A DNA stretch of 64,000 nt from an uncultured Actinomycetota bacterium. GTDB taxonomy: Bacteria; Actinomycetota; Actinomycetes; Actinomycetales; Microbacteriaceae. Made by a program: the position numbers and the translations under genes. The DNA lies in NCBI GenBank assembly GCA_963756375.1, contig CAVWNJ010000005.1:1640440-1704439 (forward strand). The letters are read 5' to 3'. Under the pieces are notes generated by a model. It was not told the DNA's origin, ran no database searches, and was given only the letters and a program-made list of their open reading frames with translations. Shown one piece after another: positions 20,358-29,214 of the stretch; the first letter of the stretch is position 1; each line of letters begins with the position of its first letter.

Positions 20358-20407
20358 AATTTCGGCCGTTCCCGTCTTCCCCGAAACTTGCGGGAACGGC
20401 CGAAATT
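20358..20407. other. 17-bp perfect inverted repeat (aatttcggccgttcccg ... cgggaacggccgaaatt) with a 16-nt loop, 47 nt upstream of the signalling operon
   Basis: Seen directly in the sequence. Either an operator or leader structure, or the distal terminator of the LLM gene. Confidence 0.5.
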
Positions 20408-20672
20408 GCTGTCGCAGTCGATGAGTTCCCCCGAACATTCACCGTGACACTGCGTTCGCAGCTCGTGGCCGGTTCCCCCGAACCGCCCCCCATACCGCGT
20501 GTAATGATTCTGTGACATCGATTACATCCCTGCAAACGCCTACACCCGGCGACGTTCGCATTCCGAACATGACACGCGGCCGTGACGGAAATCGCGCCGG
20601 GAACGCCGAAGGGCCCGCCCGGACGACGCGAGGTCGAATGGACGGGCCCGTCGGTGCACCGGACGAGAGTGT

Positions 20673-22067
20673 CTAGCCGACCGCCTGCGCAGCCACGGCC
20701 GCACCGATGCGATAGCCGGCACCCTTGTGCTCTTCGGGGAGTCGCGCGCCGCGCCCGTGCAGCTTCTCGCGCAGCGTGCCCTCCACGTACTCCTCGGGGT
20801 AGGCGCCCCGCTTGCGGAGCTCGGGGATGACGAACTCGACCACATCTTCGAAGGTGCCCGGCGTGATCGCATAGGCGAGGTTGAAGCCGTCGACGTCGGT
20901 CTCCTCCACCCACTCCTGCAACTGGTCGGCGATCTCGGCGCCCGAACCCACGATGAAGGGGCCGAGTCCGCCGATCGCGCCGAGACGCGCGATGTCGCGC
21001 ACCTTCCACTCGCTGCCGTCGGAGTTGGCGGTCTGGTAGTTGGCGACCACCGACTGGATGGCGTTGCTCTTCACATTGCCGATCGGCTCATCCAGGTCGT
21101 ACTTCGACAGGTCGATGCCCATCCAGCCCGACATGAAGACGAGGGCGCCCTCCTCGCTGGCGTAGCTGAGGTAGTCCTGGTGCTTCGCCTGGGCCTTCTC
21201 CGGAGTCTCGTCCGTGATGATCGTGAGCAGTGTGTAGATGCGGGCGGAGTAGCGGTCACGCCCAGCGAGCTCGAGCGCGTCGCGGATCTTGGTGACCGTG
21301 GCCTTCAGGCCCTCCTTGGTGGATGCCGCCACGAAGATCGCCTCGGCGTTGCCCGCGGCGAAAGCGATGCCGCGGGGAGACGCACCGGCCTGGTAGATCA
21401 CCGGGGTGCGCTGCAGGCTCGGTTCGGAGAGGTGGATGCCTGGCACCGTGTAGTGCTTGCCCCGGTGGCCGATCTCGTGCACCTTGGCCGGGTCGGTGAA
21501 CACGCCGGTCTCGCGGTCGCGGATGACGGCGTCATCCTCCCACGAGCCCTCCCACAGTTTGTAGAGCACCTCGAGGTATTCGTCGGCCTGGTCGTAGCGG
21601 TCGTCGTGCTCCAACTGGTCGTCCGCACCCATGTTGCGCGCGGCCGAGGGCAGATACCCCGTGACGACGTTCCAGCCGACCCGGCCGTTCGTGAGGTGGT
21701 CGAGCGTCGACATGCGGCGGGCGAACGGGTACGGGTGCTCGTAGGCGGTGCCCGCGGTCACGCCGAAGCCGAGGTGCTCGGTCACGTGCGCCATGGCGGA
21801 GATGAGCAGGATCGGGTCGTTCACCGGAACCTGGGCGCCGTGCCGGATGGCCGCCTCGTTGCTTCCGCCGTACACGTCATACGTTCCGAGCACATCGGCG
21901 ATGAAGATGCCGTCGAAGCGCCCGCGCTCGAGCAGCTGAGCGAGCCCGGTCCAGTAGCTGAGGTCCTTGTAGCGCCAGGACTGGTCGTCGGGGTGGCGCC
22001 ACATTCCGGAGGACTGGTGGGCGACACAGTTCATGTCGAAAGCGTTGAAACGGATCTGGCGAGTCAT
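20673..22067 (-). CDS. LLM-class flavin-dependent monooxygenase (NtaA/SnaA/DszA family)
   Basis: About 464 aa starting MTRQIRFNAFDMNCVAHQS (ATG 22065-22067). N-terminal motif typical of the nitrilotriacetate monooxygenase component A family. Confidence 0.85.
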   Translation of the reverse strand: MTRQIRFNAFDMNCVAHQSSGMWRHPDDQSWRYKDLSYWTGLAQLLERGRFDGIFIADVLGTYDVYGGSNEAAIRHGAQVPVNDPILLISAMAHVTEHLGFGVTAGTAYEHPYPFARRMSTLDHLTNGRVGWNVVTGYLPSAARNMGADDQLEHDDRYDQADEYLEVLYKLWEGSWEDDAVIRDRETGVFTDPAKVHEIGHRGKHYTVPGIHLSEPSLQRTPVIYQAGASPRGIAFAAGNAEAIFVAASTKEGLKATVTKIRDALELAGRDRYSARIYTLLTIITDETPEKAQAKHQDYLSYASEEGALVFMSGWMGIDLSKYDLDEPIGNVKSNAIQSVVANYQTANSDGSEWKVRDIARLGAIGGLGPFIVGSGAEIADQLQEWVEETDVDGFNLAYAITPGTFEDVVEFVIPELRKRGAYPEEYVEGTLREKLHGRGARLPEEHKGAGYRIGAAVAAQAVG

Positions 22068-22184
22068 CCGCCCATCGTCTGTCGGAGGGGCTGCTTCGGC
22101 AACCGGGGCGCAACACACCGTCACATAGTTACGGCATGCGACGGGGCGGATGCGCGGCACGCGAGCGCCACTTACCTTCGTGCC

Positions 22185-22766
22185 ATGCCATACATCGACC
22201 CCGAACAGACCCTCAAGGTCGTCGCCGTCTCCGGGAGCCTCCAGACGCCGTCACGAACGACGTCGTTGGCCTCCGAGCTCCTCGCCACCTTCGCGCGGGA
22301 GCGTGACGTCGACGCGCACCTCATCGAGCTCGCGGACATCGGACCGCTGCTCTCCGGCGCGCTGCACCGTCGCGATCTGCCCCAGCGGGTGGAAGACGAG
22401 CTGCAGCGCATCGAGCAGGCCGATGTTCTCATCGTGGCGAGCCCGGTCTACCGCGCATCCTTCACCGGACTGTTCAAGCACCTCTTCGACTTCGTCGACC
22501 AGTACGCGCTCGTCGATACCCCTGTGCTGCTCGCGGCCACGGGCGGAAGCGATCGGCACGCGCTCATCATCGAGCATCAGTTGCGGCCGCTGTTCGGCTT
22601 CTTCCAGGCACTCACGCTGCCCATCGGCGTCTACGCGAAGGATTCGGAGTTCACCGACTACCGCGTGAGCGATCCGTCGCTCCGCGAGCGCATCGAACGC
22701 TCCGTCACCCGGAGCCTCCCCCTGCTGGAGAGCCGCTTCGAGCCGTCCCGACCGAGCAGCTGGTAG
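22185..22766 (+). CDS. NADPH-dependent FMN reductase (SsuE/MsuE-like)
   Basis: 193 aa with the flavodoxin-like fold motif LKVVAVSGSLQTPSRT. Divergent from the LLM monooxygenase. Confidence 0.8.
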   Translation: MPYIDPEQTLKVVAVSGSLQTPSRTTSLASELLATFARERDVDAHLIELADIGPLLSGALHRRDLPQRVEDELQRIEQADVLIVASPVYRASFTGLFKHLFDFVDQYALVDTPVLLAATGGSDRHALIIEHQLRPLFGFFQALTLPIGVYAKDSEFTDYRVSDPSLRERIERSVTRSLPLLESRFEPSRPSSW

Positions 22767-22773
22767 CCCGAGA

Positions 22774-23766
22774 ATGATCCGGCTGAAGGAACTCACCAAG
22801 GTGTACGGCACGACCACCGTGCTCGACCGACTCGACTTCTCGGTCGAGAGCGGCGAGATCTTCGCGGTGGTCGGCCCCAGTGGCGCGGGCAAGAGCACCC
22901 TCGCCGGCTGCATCACCCTGCTCGAGCAGCCGACATCCGGTTCGGTCATCGTGAACGGCGATGACCTGTCCCACCTCAGCACAGCGCAATTGCGCATCGC
23001 GCGTCGCCGCATCGGAACGATCTTTCAGCACGACGGCCTGTTCTCGAGGCGCTCAGCGGCGAAGAACGTGGCGCTTCCGCTCGAATACCTCGGCGTGACC
23101 CCCGCCGAGACGAAGCGGCGGGTCGGCGAACTTCTCGACCGCGTGGGACTCGCCGACAAAGCGGGTCACTACCCACACCAGCTCTCCGGCGGTCAGCGCC
23201 AGCGGGTCGGCATCGCCCGCGCGCTCGCACTGCGCCCCTCGGTGCTCATCGCGGATGAAGCCACCAGCGGGCTCGACCCGGACTCCACGGCATCCATCGT
23301 GGCCCTGCTCAAGGAGCTGCGGCTCGACCTCGACCTCGCCATCGTCTTCATCAGCCACGAGATGGACACCGTGCTTTCGGTGGCCGACCGCGTCGCCCGC
23401 CTCGACCGGGGTCGCATCGTCGAGCAGGGCGCGCTCGACACCCTGCTGCGGGATGCGAACAGCGAGCTCGGGCGAGCCCTGCACCCCCGACGTGCCCACG
23501 AAACCGCACGGACCGATGAGACCTCGTGGTTCGTGAGCTACGGATCTGCGGATGTTCCGACCGACTGGATAGCGCGGGCGTCGGTGTCGCTCGGCTCCCC
23601 CGTGAGCCTGCTCGGTGCCTCGGTTCAGCGCATCCACGGCTCGACCGTCGGGCACGCCACCGTGAGCGTCACCGACCCCGACCACGCTCGCGTGCGGGAG
23701 ATTTTCGCGGCCCTCGGCCTCGACGCCCGGCTCGAAGAACCCACCCGACTGGAGACCGCGCGATGA
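22774..23766 (+). CDS. metN: methionine-type ABC transporter ATP-binding protein with C-terminal NIL domain
   Basis: Walker A GPSGAGKST, signature LSGGQRQR, Walker B LIADEATSGLD, plus a C-terminal NIL-like extension. Confidence 0.85.
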   Translation: MIRLKELTKVYGTTTVLDRLDFSVESGEIFAVVGPSGAGKSTLAGCITLLEQPTSGSVIVNGDDLSHLSTAQLRIARRRIGTIFQHDGLFSRRSAAKNVALPLEYLGVTPAETKRRVGELLDRVGLADKAGHYPHQLSGGQRQRVGIARALALRPSVLIADEATSGLDPDSTASIVALLKELRLDLDLAIVFISHEMDTVLSVADRVARLDRGRIVEQGALDTLLRDANSELGRALHPRRAHETARTDETSWFVSYGSADVPTDWIARASVSLGSPVSLLGASVQRIHGSTVGHATVSVTDPDHARVREIFAALGLDARLEEPTRLETAR

Positions 23767-24473
23767 TCATCCACGCCGCGAACGTTCCCCTGCCGGAGAT
23801 TCCCGCTCTGCTTCTTCCCGCCCTCGTCGACACCCTCACCATGGTGGGCATCGTCATGGTGATCGTCGTCGCAGTCGGAATCCCCCTCGGCGCGATCATC
23901 CACAACCTCGCCCCGGGCGGTCTGTTCGCGAAGCCCCGCCTGCACACCCTGCTCAGCTGGATCGTGAGCGTGGGGCGGTCGCTGCCGTTCCTCATTCTGA
24001 TGGCGTCGATCGTGCCCTTCACCCGCTTCATCACCGGCACCAACATCGGCATCGCCGCGGCCGTCGTGCCGATGTCGATCGCCGGCATCGCGTTCTTCAC
24101 CCGGATCGTGGAGAACTCGCTGCGCGCCGTGCCGCCGTCGCTCGCCCAGGTGGCGAAGGCGAGCGGCGCATCCACCCTGCAGATCGTGCTCACCGCACAG
24201 CTCGCGGAGGCGGTGCCGTCGATTCTCGGCGGGGTCACCATCAACACGATCGCGATGATCGAGTACTCGGCCATCGCCGGAACCATCGGCGCGGGCGGTG
24301 TCGGCTATGTGGCCGTCACCTACGGGTATCAGCGGTTCGACCACGGGGTGATGATCGCCACGATCATCCTGCTCGTCGCCCTCGTCGCCACCGTGCAGAA
24401 GCTCGGCGACACCGCCGTTCGTTTCACCACCCCGCACGCACGCACCGCGATGCGCGTGACCCAGCCCGCGTAA
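23763..24473 (+). CDS. metI: methionine-type ABC transporter permease
   Basis: 236 aa, 5 TM, MetI-like. ATGA overlap with metN. Confidence 0.85.
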   Translation: MIIHAANVPLPEIPALLLPALVDTLTMVGIVMVIVVAVGIPLGAIIHNLAPGGLFAKPRLHTLLSWIVSVGRSLPFLILMASIVPFTRFITGTNIGIAAAVVPMSIAGIAFFTRIVENSLRAVPPSLAQVAKASGASTLQIVLTAQLAEAVPSILGGVTINTIAMIEYSAIAGTIGAGGVGYVAVTYGYQRFDHGVMIATIILLVALVATVQKLGDTAVRFTTPHARTAMRVTQPA

Positions 24474-24512
24474 CCACTCCCCCAGCACACCACCTTTAAG
24501 GAGAACTCCGTC

Positions 24513-25433
24513 ATGACACAGCAGATCGACACCCCCACCGGCCCGCCGACCCCCTCCGAGCACGGTTTCGAGCTTCGCGCCAAGCGTCGCTGGCCCTGGG
24601 TGGTGGGCGGAGCGCTCGCGCTCGTCGCCGTCGCCGCAGCAGTGGTGATCCCGCTGGTGAACCCCACCAAGTCGGCGAACCTGATCCCAGGGGCCACCCT
24701 GTTGGTCGCCACGGCGGAGGGCAACGCCTCGGAGCAGGCCCTCGTGCAGTTCGTCGCCGACGAGGTGGCGCCGCGCTATGGCATCACGGTCGCGTTCACC
24801 GGGCTCTCCGACAGCAACACCATCAACCGCGCCGTGAGCGAGGGCGAGGTCGCGGCCACGGTCTACCAGCACAAGCTCTGGCTGAGTCAGGTGCTCGAGT
24901 CGAACCCCGACTTCCGCGAGACGGCCGCGACTCCGGTATTCCGCTGGGGCTTCGGACTCTGGAGCGACAAGTACTCCTCGGTCGACCAGATTCCGGATGG
25001 CGCCACCATCTCGCTGTACTCAGACCCGGCCAACGAGGCTCAGGGCCTCTGGGTGCTGGAGCGCGCGGGGCTGATCACCCTCGATCCGAGCATCGACAAG
25101 GCCTTCGCCACCCAGAAGGACATCATCGAGAATCCGAAGAACATCTCGTTCACCCTGCTCGACTTCGCAGCGCAGTCGCGCGCGCTGCCGGACATCGACG
25201 CCGCCGTGGGCTACACCGAGTACTACCTGGCAGCGCAGATCCCGCTCGAGAAGCAGATCTTCGCTCCCGCCGCCCCCGATGCGTTCGCCGGCCAGCTCAC
25301 CATCGGATCCGACTACGCCGACAGCGACAACATCCAGAAGCTCGTCGCCGCCTTCCAGGACCCGGCGGTGCAGAACTTCCTCGCCACCGATCCGTCGGTG
25401 AAGGGCATCCTGCTGCCGCTCGACGCGAAATAG
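24513..25433 (+). CDS. metQ: MetQ/NlpA family substrate-binding lipoprotein
   Basis: 306 aa with an N-terminal TM/signal segment and an NlpA-family fold. RBS aaggaga upstream. Confidence 0.8.
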   Translation: MTQQIDTPTGPPTPSEHGFELRAKRRWPWVVGGALALVAVAAAVVIPLVNPTKSANLIPGATLLVATAEGNASEQALVQFVADEVAPRYGITVAFTGLSDSNTINRAVSEGEVAATVYQHKLWLSQVLESNPDFRETAATPVFRWGFGLWSDKYSSVDQIPDGATISLYSDPANEAQGLWVLERAGLITLDPSIDKAFATQKDIIENPKNISFTLLDFAAQSRALPDIDAAVGYTEYYLAAQIPLEKQIFAPAAPDAFAGQLTIGSDYADSDNIQKLVAAFQDPAVQNFLATDPSVKGILLPLDAK

Positions 25434-25448
25434 TCGCACTGCATCACC

Positions 25449-25485
25449 ATGAACGCCCCCGCGCTTCTCGCGCGGGGGCGTTCAT
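25449..25485. terminator. perfect 16-bp stem / 5-nt loop hairpin (atgaacgcccccgcgc-ttctc-gcgcgggggcgttcat) between convergent metQ and the ABM gene
   Basis: Seen directly in the sequence. Confidence 0.7.
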
Positions 25486-25499
25486 CGGTTTCGCGCCGC

Positions 25500-25797
25500 C
25501 TACTTGCTGGCGATGAGATCGACCATGCGGAGGTCGGGCTCTTTCGCAAGGAGTGTTGGGCCGTGCTCGGCGAGTGCGGCAGGGATCGCGCCGTTCAGGT
25601 GCGCCTGCCGGTCTTCCTCGGTCTCGAAACTGTCGAAGATGCCGAAGGTGGTCTCGCCCATGCGGAAGGCGTACCAGGTGGCCGTGCCGTGCTCTTCCTG
25701 AATGATGTCGCGGCCCGCCTGCAGAAAATCCCACAGCGCCTGCTCGCTGCCGGGGTTCGCCTCGAGTGTTGCCAGAATGCCGAATTTCAACGCCATT
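25500..25797 (-). CDS. antibiotic biosynthesis monooxygenase (ABM) domain protein
   Basis: 98 aa starting MALKFGILATLEA (ATG 25795-25797). ABM/quinol monooxygenase-like ferredoxin fold. Confidence 0.65.
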
Positions 25798-25887
25798 GCC
25801 GTTCCCTTCGAGTGTCTGTTGCGTTCGGCGGGCTCGTCGTCGTGCTCCCGTGGCAAGCCTAGAAGAGTGCGTACAGCACGACCAGAG

Positions 25888-25899
25888 TGGGGTACCTGG
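25888..25899. repeat. 12-bp direct copy (tggggtacctgg) of the 3' end of tRNA-Gln (49052-49063); candidate distal att site of an integrated element
   Basis: Exact 12/12 match in the same orientation. Expected chance occurrence in this window is about 0.01 at 70% GC. Confidence 0.4.
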
Positions 25900-25934
25900 C
25901 CGCCCGTGTCGGAGGGCGCACGTAGGGTCTGGGC

Positions 25935-26522
25935 ATGCACGACCGCAGCACTTCCCCGCCCGACGTGACCGGGTGCGCTCTTCTTGTCGGAGGCCGGCCG
26001 TGCCAGACCCCGATCGACCCCGACTCGCCCATCGCTCTCTGCACGGCTCATCTCCTCACCGCTCACGACTGGATCGTGCGCGATGTGGGTGTCACCGACC
26101 TGCTCCCCTCGCCCTGCCTCGCCTGTGGTTCTCGTCTCGGCGCCCGCTATCCGTCGGGCTGGCTATGCGCGATCTGCGAGTGGCGGCAGGGCGAGGTGCC
26201 CGGTGCGGATGTCGCGCCGCCGCGCGTCGACGTGGTCTACTACCTCCGCTTCGGCGACCGCATCAAGATCGGCACCTCCGGCAACCCGCGCCAGCGGCTC
26301 GCCGGGCTCCGCTACGACGAACTGCTCGCGTTCGAGCGCGGTGACCGCGCCCGCGAGCAGCAGCGCCATGCCCAGTTCTCCCGCCATCGCCTTGCCCGCA
26401 CCGAGTGGTTCGAGTCGCACGACGCCCTCACCCGACACGTTGGCGCGCTGAGCGCCGGGGTCGACGATCCCTGGCAGCGCTACGCCCGCTGGAAGAGCGA
26501 GGCTGCTGCGCTCGGCGGGTAG
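25935..26522 (+). CDS. GIY-YIG nuclease superfamily protein of the T5orf172/MUG113 type with an N-terminal Cys-rich zinc-finger-like region
   Basis: VYYLRFGDRIKIGTSGNPRQRLAGL ... FERGDRAREQQRHAQFSRHRLARTEWFE matches the T5orf172 signature. N-terminal CxxC...CxxC...CxxC. Phage/defence-island associated family. Confidence 0.75.
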   Translation: MHDRSTSPPDVTGCALLVGGRPCQTPIDPDSPIALCTAHLLTAHDWIVRDVGVTDLLPSPCLACGSRLGARYPSGWLCAICEWRQGEVPGADVAPPRVDVVYYLRFGDRIKIGTSGNPRQRLAGLRYDELLAFERGDRAREQQRHAQFSRHRLARTEWFESHDALTRHVGALSAGVDDPWQRYARWKSEAAALGG

Positions 26523-26738
26523 CGGCGCAACGCATCATCCGAAAGGCGCAAAGTCGCCGTCCCGAGGCATGATCCGCTCGCACTCCCCGACCCCGCTCGT
26601 GCCGTCGAGCATCCGCGAGGTGCATCCCACAGCGCCGAGGGTTGCGCCGGGCGGAGGAAGAACCGCCTATGGCCGCGCTCATAACGTTCTGGCGCGGGAC
26701 CAAGAGGAGCCGCAAAAACCGAGCGACAGGAGCTGGTC

Positions 26739-26936
26739 ATGGGCTGGATCAAATGGGCGAAGAAGATCTACGAACTCGTCAAGTACATCGGGAGCCGGGT
26801 AGGCACGTGGGGCGCAACCAAGGTCAAGAAGATGACCGCGTGGGTGTGGGCCAATAAGGGCACCATCTACACGTGGCTCGAGCGTGGTTCGACCATCGCC
26901 TGGATCGCCGGCGAGATCTACCGCCGCGTTTCCTAG
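26739..26936 (+). CDS. leaderless class IId bacteriocin of the lacticin Q / aureocin A53 family (65 aa, Trp/Lys-rich)
   Basis: MTAWVWANKGTIYTWLERGSTIAWIAGEI aligns with lacticin Q AVQWAWANKGKILDWLNAGQAIDWVVSKL and aureocin A53 SAAWKYKGKVLEWLNVGPTLEWVWQKL. No leader or double-Gly site. RBS aggag 8 nt upstream. Local GC about 57% against about 70% for the genome. Confidence 0.7.
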   Translation: MGWIKWAKKIYELVKYIGSRVGTWGATKVKKMTAWVWANKGTIYTWLERGSTIAWIAGEIYRRVS

Positions 26937-26941
26937 CGCGT

Positions 26942-26981
26942 GATTCGGTGCGGTCGGGCGTGCGTTCGACCGCACCGAATC
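26942..26981 (+). terminator. 15-bp perfect stem hairpin (gattcggtgcggtcg ... cgaccgcaccgaatc) immediately after the bacteriocin gene; likely partial terminator or attenuator before the PH-domain genes
   Basis: Seen directly in the sequence. A structural gene followed by a leaky terminator and then immunity genes is the classic bacteriocin arrangement. Confidence 0.5.
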
Positions 26982-27068
26982 AGCCTTGAGACGGTAGAGC
27001 GACGAGAGAGGAGCACGGATGATGGTAGCCATGACGATTGACGCGCCGGCAGACCCGCGGGCCGCGAG

Positions 27069-27563
27069 GTGGAGCGACCCCCGCACGTTCTCGGTCGTGG
27101 CACCCACGGCCTGGCGCCCGCCGCCCTGAAATACGAGAACATCAGGACGCTGATCCTCGCCGCCATCCTCACGCCGCTCGCTGTGGCCGCCTGTTTTCAG
27201 ATCCCCTCCCCGGGCTGGCGCATCGCGGCCTTCGTCGCCCTGGGTGTCCTCACCTTGGCGACGTTCGCGATCGACATACCGTTCGTCAACCGCTGGGAGT
27301 TTCAGAACACCACCTACACCGTCACCCGCGACACGGTCTTCATCCGTCGCGGTCTTCTCCTTCGCCGAACGACGACGATCTCCACCGCTCAGATACTCAA
27401 TGTCGAGATCGCACAGGGCCCACTCCTCCGTGCATTCGGTCTGGTGAAGGTGAAGTTCGCCTGCATCGCAGACGTCGAAAGCCTTACCGGGCTCACCCCG
27501 GAGGCGGCAGAGACGATACGCGACACCGTTCTCGATTCCCAAGGCGGAGTCGCAGATGACTGA
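27069..27563 (+). CDS. YdbS-like bacterial PH-domain (bPH_2) membrane protein
   Basis: 164 aa with two N-terminal TM helices followed by a PH-like domain. ATGA overlap with the downstream YdbT-like gene, mirroring the B. subtilis ydbS-ydbT pair. GTG start, uncertain. Confidence 0.65.
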   Translation: MERPPHVLGRGTHGLAPAALKYENIRTLILAAILTPLAVAACFQIPSPGWRIAAFVALGVLTLATFAIDIPFVNRWEFQNTTYTVTRDTVFIRRGLLLRRTTTISTAQILNVEIAQGPLLRAFGLVKVKFACIADVESLTGLTPEAAETIRDTVLDSQGGVADD

Positions 27564-29214
27564 TCTTCTCGAGGCCGCGCCAGCAGCTGCGAATCGCAGA
27601 CTCCCCAAGGCCTACCTTGGAGCGTCGTACCTCGCACACGGTGTGGCTACGCTCGGGTCCCTTGCCGGGGCCCTCGTCTTCCTCGCCAATCCCGACATCT
27701 GGCCGGGGAGATTGGCGGTCGCCGTCTTCGCGGCCTTCTTCCTGCTTCGCGTCATCGATCCGCTCTACGAGTGGGCGACGACCCGGATGACCATCACGAC
27801 CCATGACTTCCGGGTCACGTCGGGCCTGCTGCACAGGCGCACACGCAGCATCAGGTGGAGCGCTGTGCACTCCATTGAAACGACCGCACCGTGGGCGTAT
27901 CGGCTGTTCGGGTTGGTTCGAGTCCGTATCGCCCAGGGCGGGGACGGCTCAACCCAGGTGACGCTCGCTGGAATAACGACGCAATTCCGCGACGAGATCC
28001 TGGCACACTCGCCCGTACCGGACTCCGGCTCGCAGGACGAAGCATCCGGCTCGCAGTCCCGGGAGGCGGAGTCCCCCTCCGGCCGCCGGGAGATCGACGC
28101 GTCCCCCGATCCACGTGGTGAGCTCGTCTATCGCGCGTCAGTCGGTGACCTCGTGGTGGCGAGCATCCTATTCGGCCGGTTCGCGGTGGTGGCGATAGCG
28201 ATCGCCTTCGCGCTGTTCGAGCAACTCGATAATTTCGGCCTTCTCGGCATCCTCGATGCGCTCAACGGAGTGGGCGTGGCCGGACTCTCCACGATCGTGG
28301 CGATCGCCATCGTTGGCCTGGGAGTCGCCGCTAGCGTGGTTCGGTTCAGCCGACTGCAGGTACGCATTACCGGGCTTGGTGGCATCGCGGTCTCCTATGG
28401 CCTTATCGAGACCAATGACCGCGTCATCGACAGCGCCGGCGTCACGGGGGTCGTGCTCCAGCGCAACGCGCTGGAGATGATTCTCGGACGGGTTCGACTC
28501 GGGTTGCTCACCACCGACACCAGCCAGCAGTTCGGATCGAACCTTCTGCTCCCGTCACTGCCGCGCAACACGGTCAAGACAATCCTGGACGCCGGATTCA
28601 GAGATCGCGTGCCGGCTGAGACCCTCGCCTCACGACGAGGTCATCCCGTGCGGTCGATCATTGCCTTCTCCGCGGTCACCTCTGTTGCGGCCGGTGCCGG
28701 CTGGTGGATGCACGGGCTCGGCATGCCGCTCGGACTTGCAGCGGTCGGGGCCCTTGCTCTGTGGGCCATCATCGCCACGTCTGCCCGCCCGTTTGTCACC
28801 ACACTCCGCTACGACGTAGACGCGCAGCATGTGGCGCTTCGCACGAGCTTCATCAAGGAGCGCGACGTTTACCTCGACTCCCTTTCAATTCATCTCGTCA
28901 CGAGCACCGCTGTGCGAAACCGCTCGCGCTTTGCCACCGTGCACTACTACGCAGGCGAACCACACCAGCGGGGGTCGGTGTGGTTCTCCGAGGCGAACCT
29001 CGACGCGCTCCAGGCGCAGCTCGGCGAGCGAGACCGGCGAGCAGCCACCCTCCGGTCCTCTCGCGACGCGGCGCGACAGCGACGTCTGAGCGCCGACTCC
29101 CTAGGAGACGTCGACGACGCCAGCTTTGGCGGCTCGCACGAGAACCTGCACGCGGTCCCTGACGTTCCACTTCGTCATGATCCGCCGCAGGTGCGACTTG
29201 ACCGTCGCCTCTGA
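27556..29214 (+). CDS. YdbT-like membrane protein with three bacterial PH (bPH_2) repeats
   Basis: 552 aa with alternating TM hairpins and three PH-like repeats (e.g. RMTITTHDFRVTSGLLHRRTRSIRWSAVHSIE). Architecture matches YdbT. Confidence 0.75.
   Translation: MTDLLEAAPAAANRRLPKAYLGASYLAHGVATLGSLAGALVFLANPDIWPGRLAVAVFAAFFLLRVIDPLYEWATTRMTITTHDFRVTSGLLHRRTRSIRWSAVHSIETTAPWAYRLFGLVRVRIAQGGDGSTQVTLAGITTQFRDEILAHSPVPDSGSQDEASGSQSREAESPSGRREIDASPDPRGELVYRASVGDLVVASILFGRFAVVAIAIAFALFEQLDNFGLLGILDALNGVGVAGLSTIVAIAIVGLGVAASVVRFSRLQVRITGLGGIAVSYGLIETNDRVIDSAGVTGVVLQRNALEMILGRVRLGLLTTDTSQQFGSNLLLPSLPRNTVKTILDAGFRDRVPAETLASRRGHPVRSIIAFSAVTSVAAGAGWWMHGLGMPLGLAAVGALALWAIIATSARPFVTTLRYDVDAQHVALRTSFIKERDVYLDSLSIHLVTSTAVRNRSRFATVHYYAGEPHQRGSVWFSEANLDALQAQLGERDRRAATLRSSRDAARQRRLSADSLGDVDDASFGGSHENLHAVPDVPLRHDPPQVRLDRRL

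Noticed and set aside
27038-27559. Alternative 173-aa ORF overlapping the YdbS-like gene in another frame
   Set aside because: Arg/Pro-rich with no TM or PH-domain features. The in-frame YdbS-like reading has the expected two-TM-plus-PH architecture and is coupled to the ydbT-like gene.
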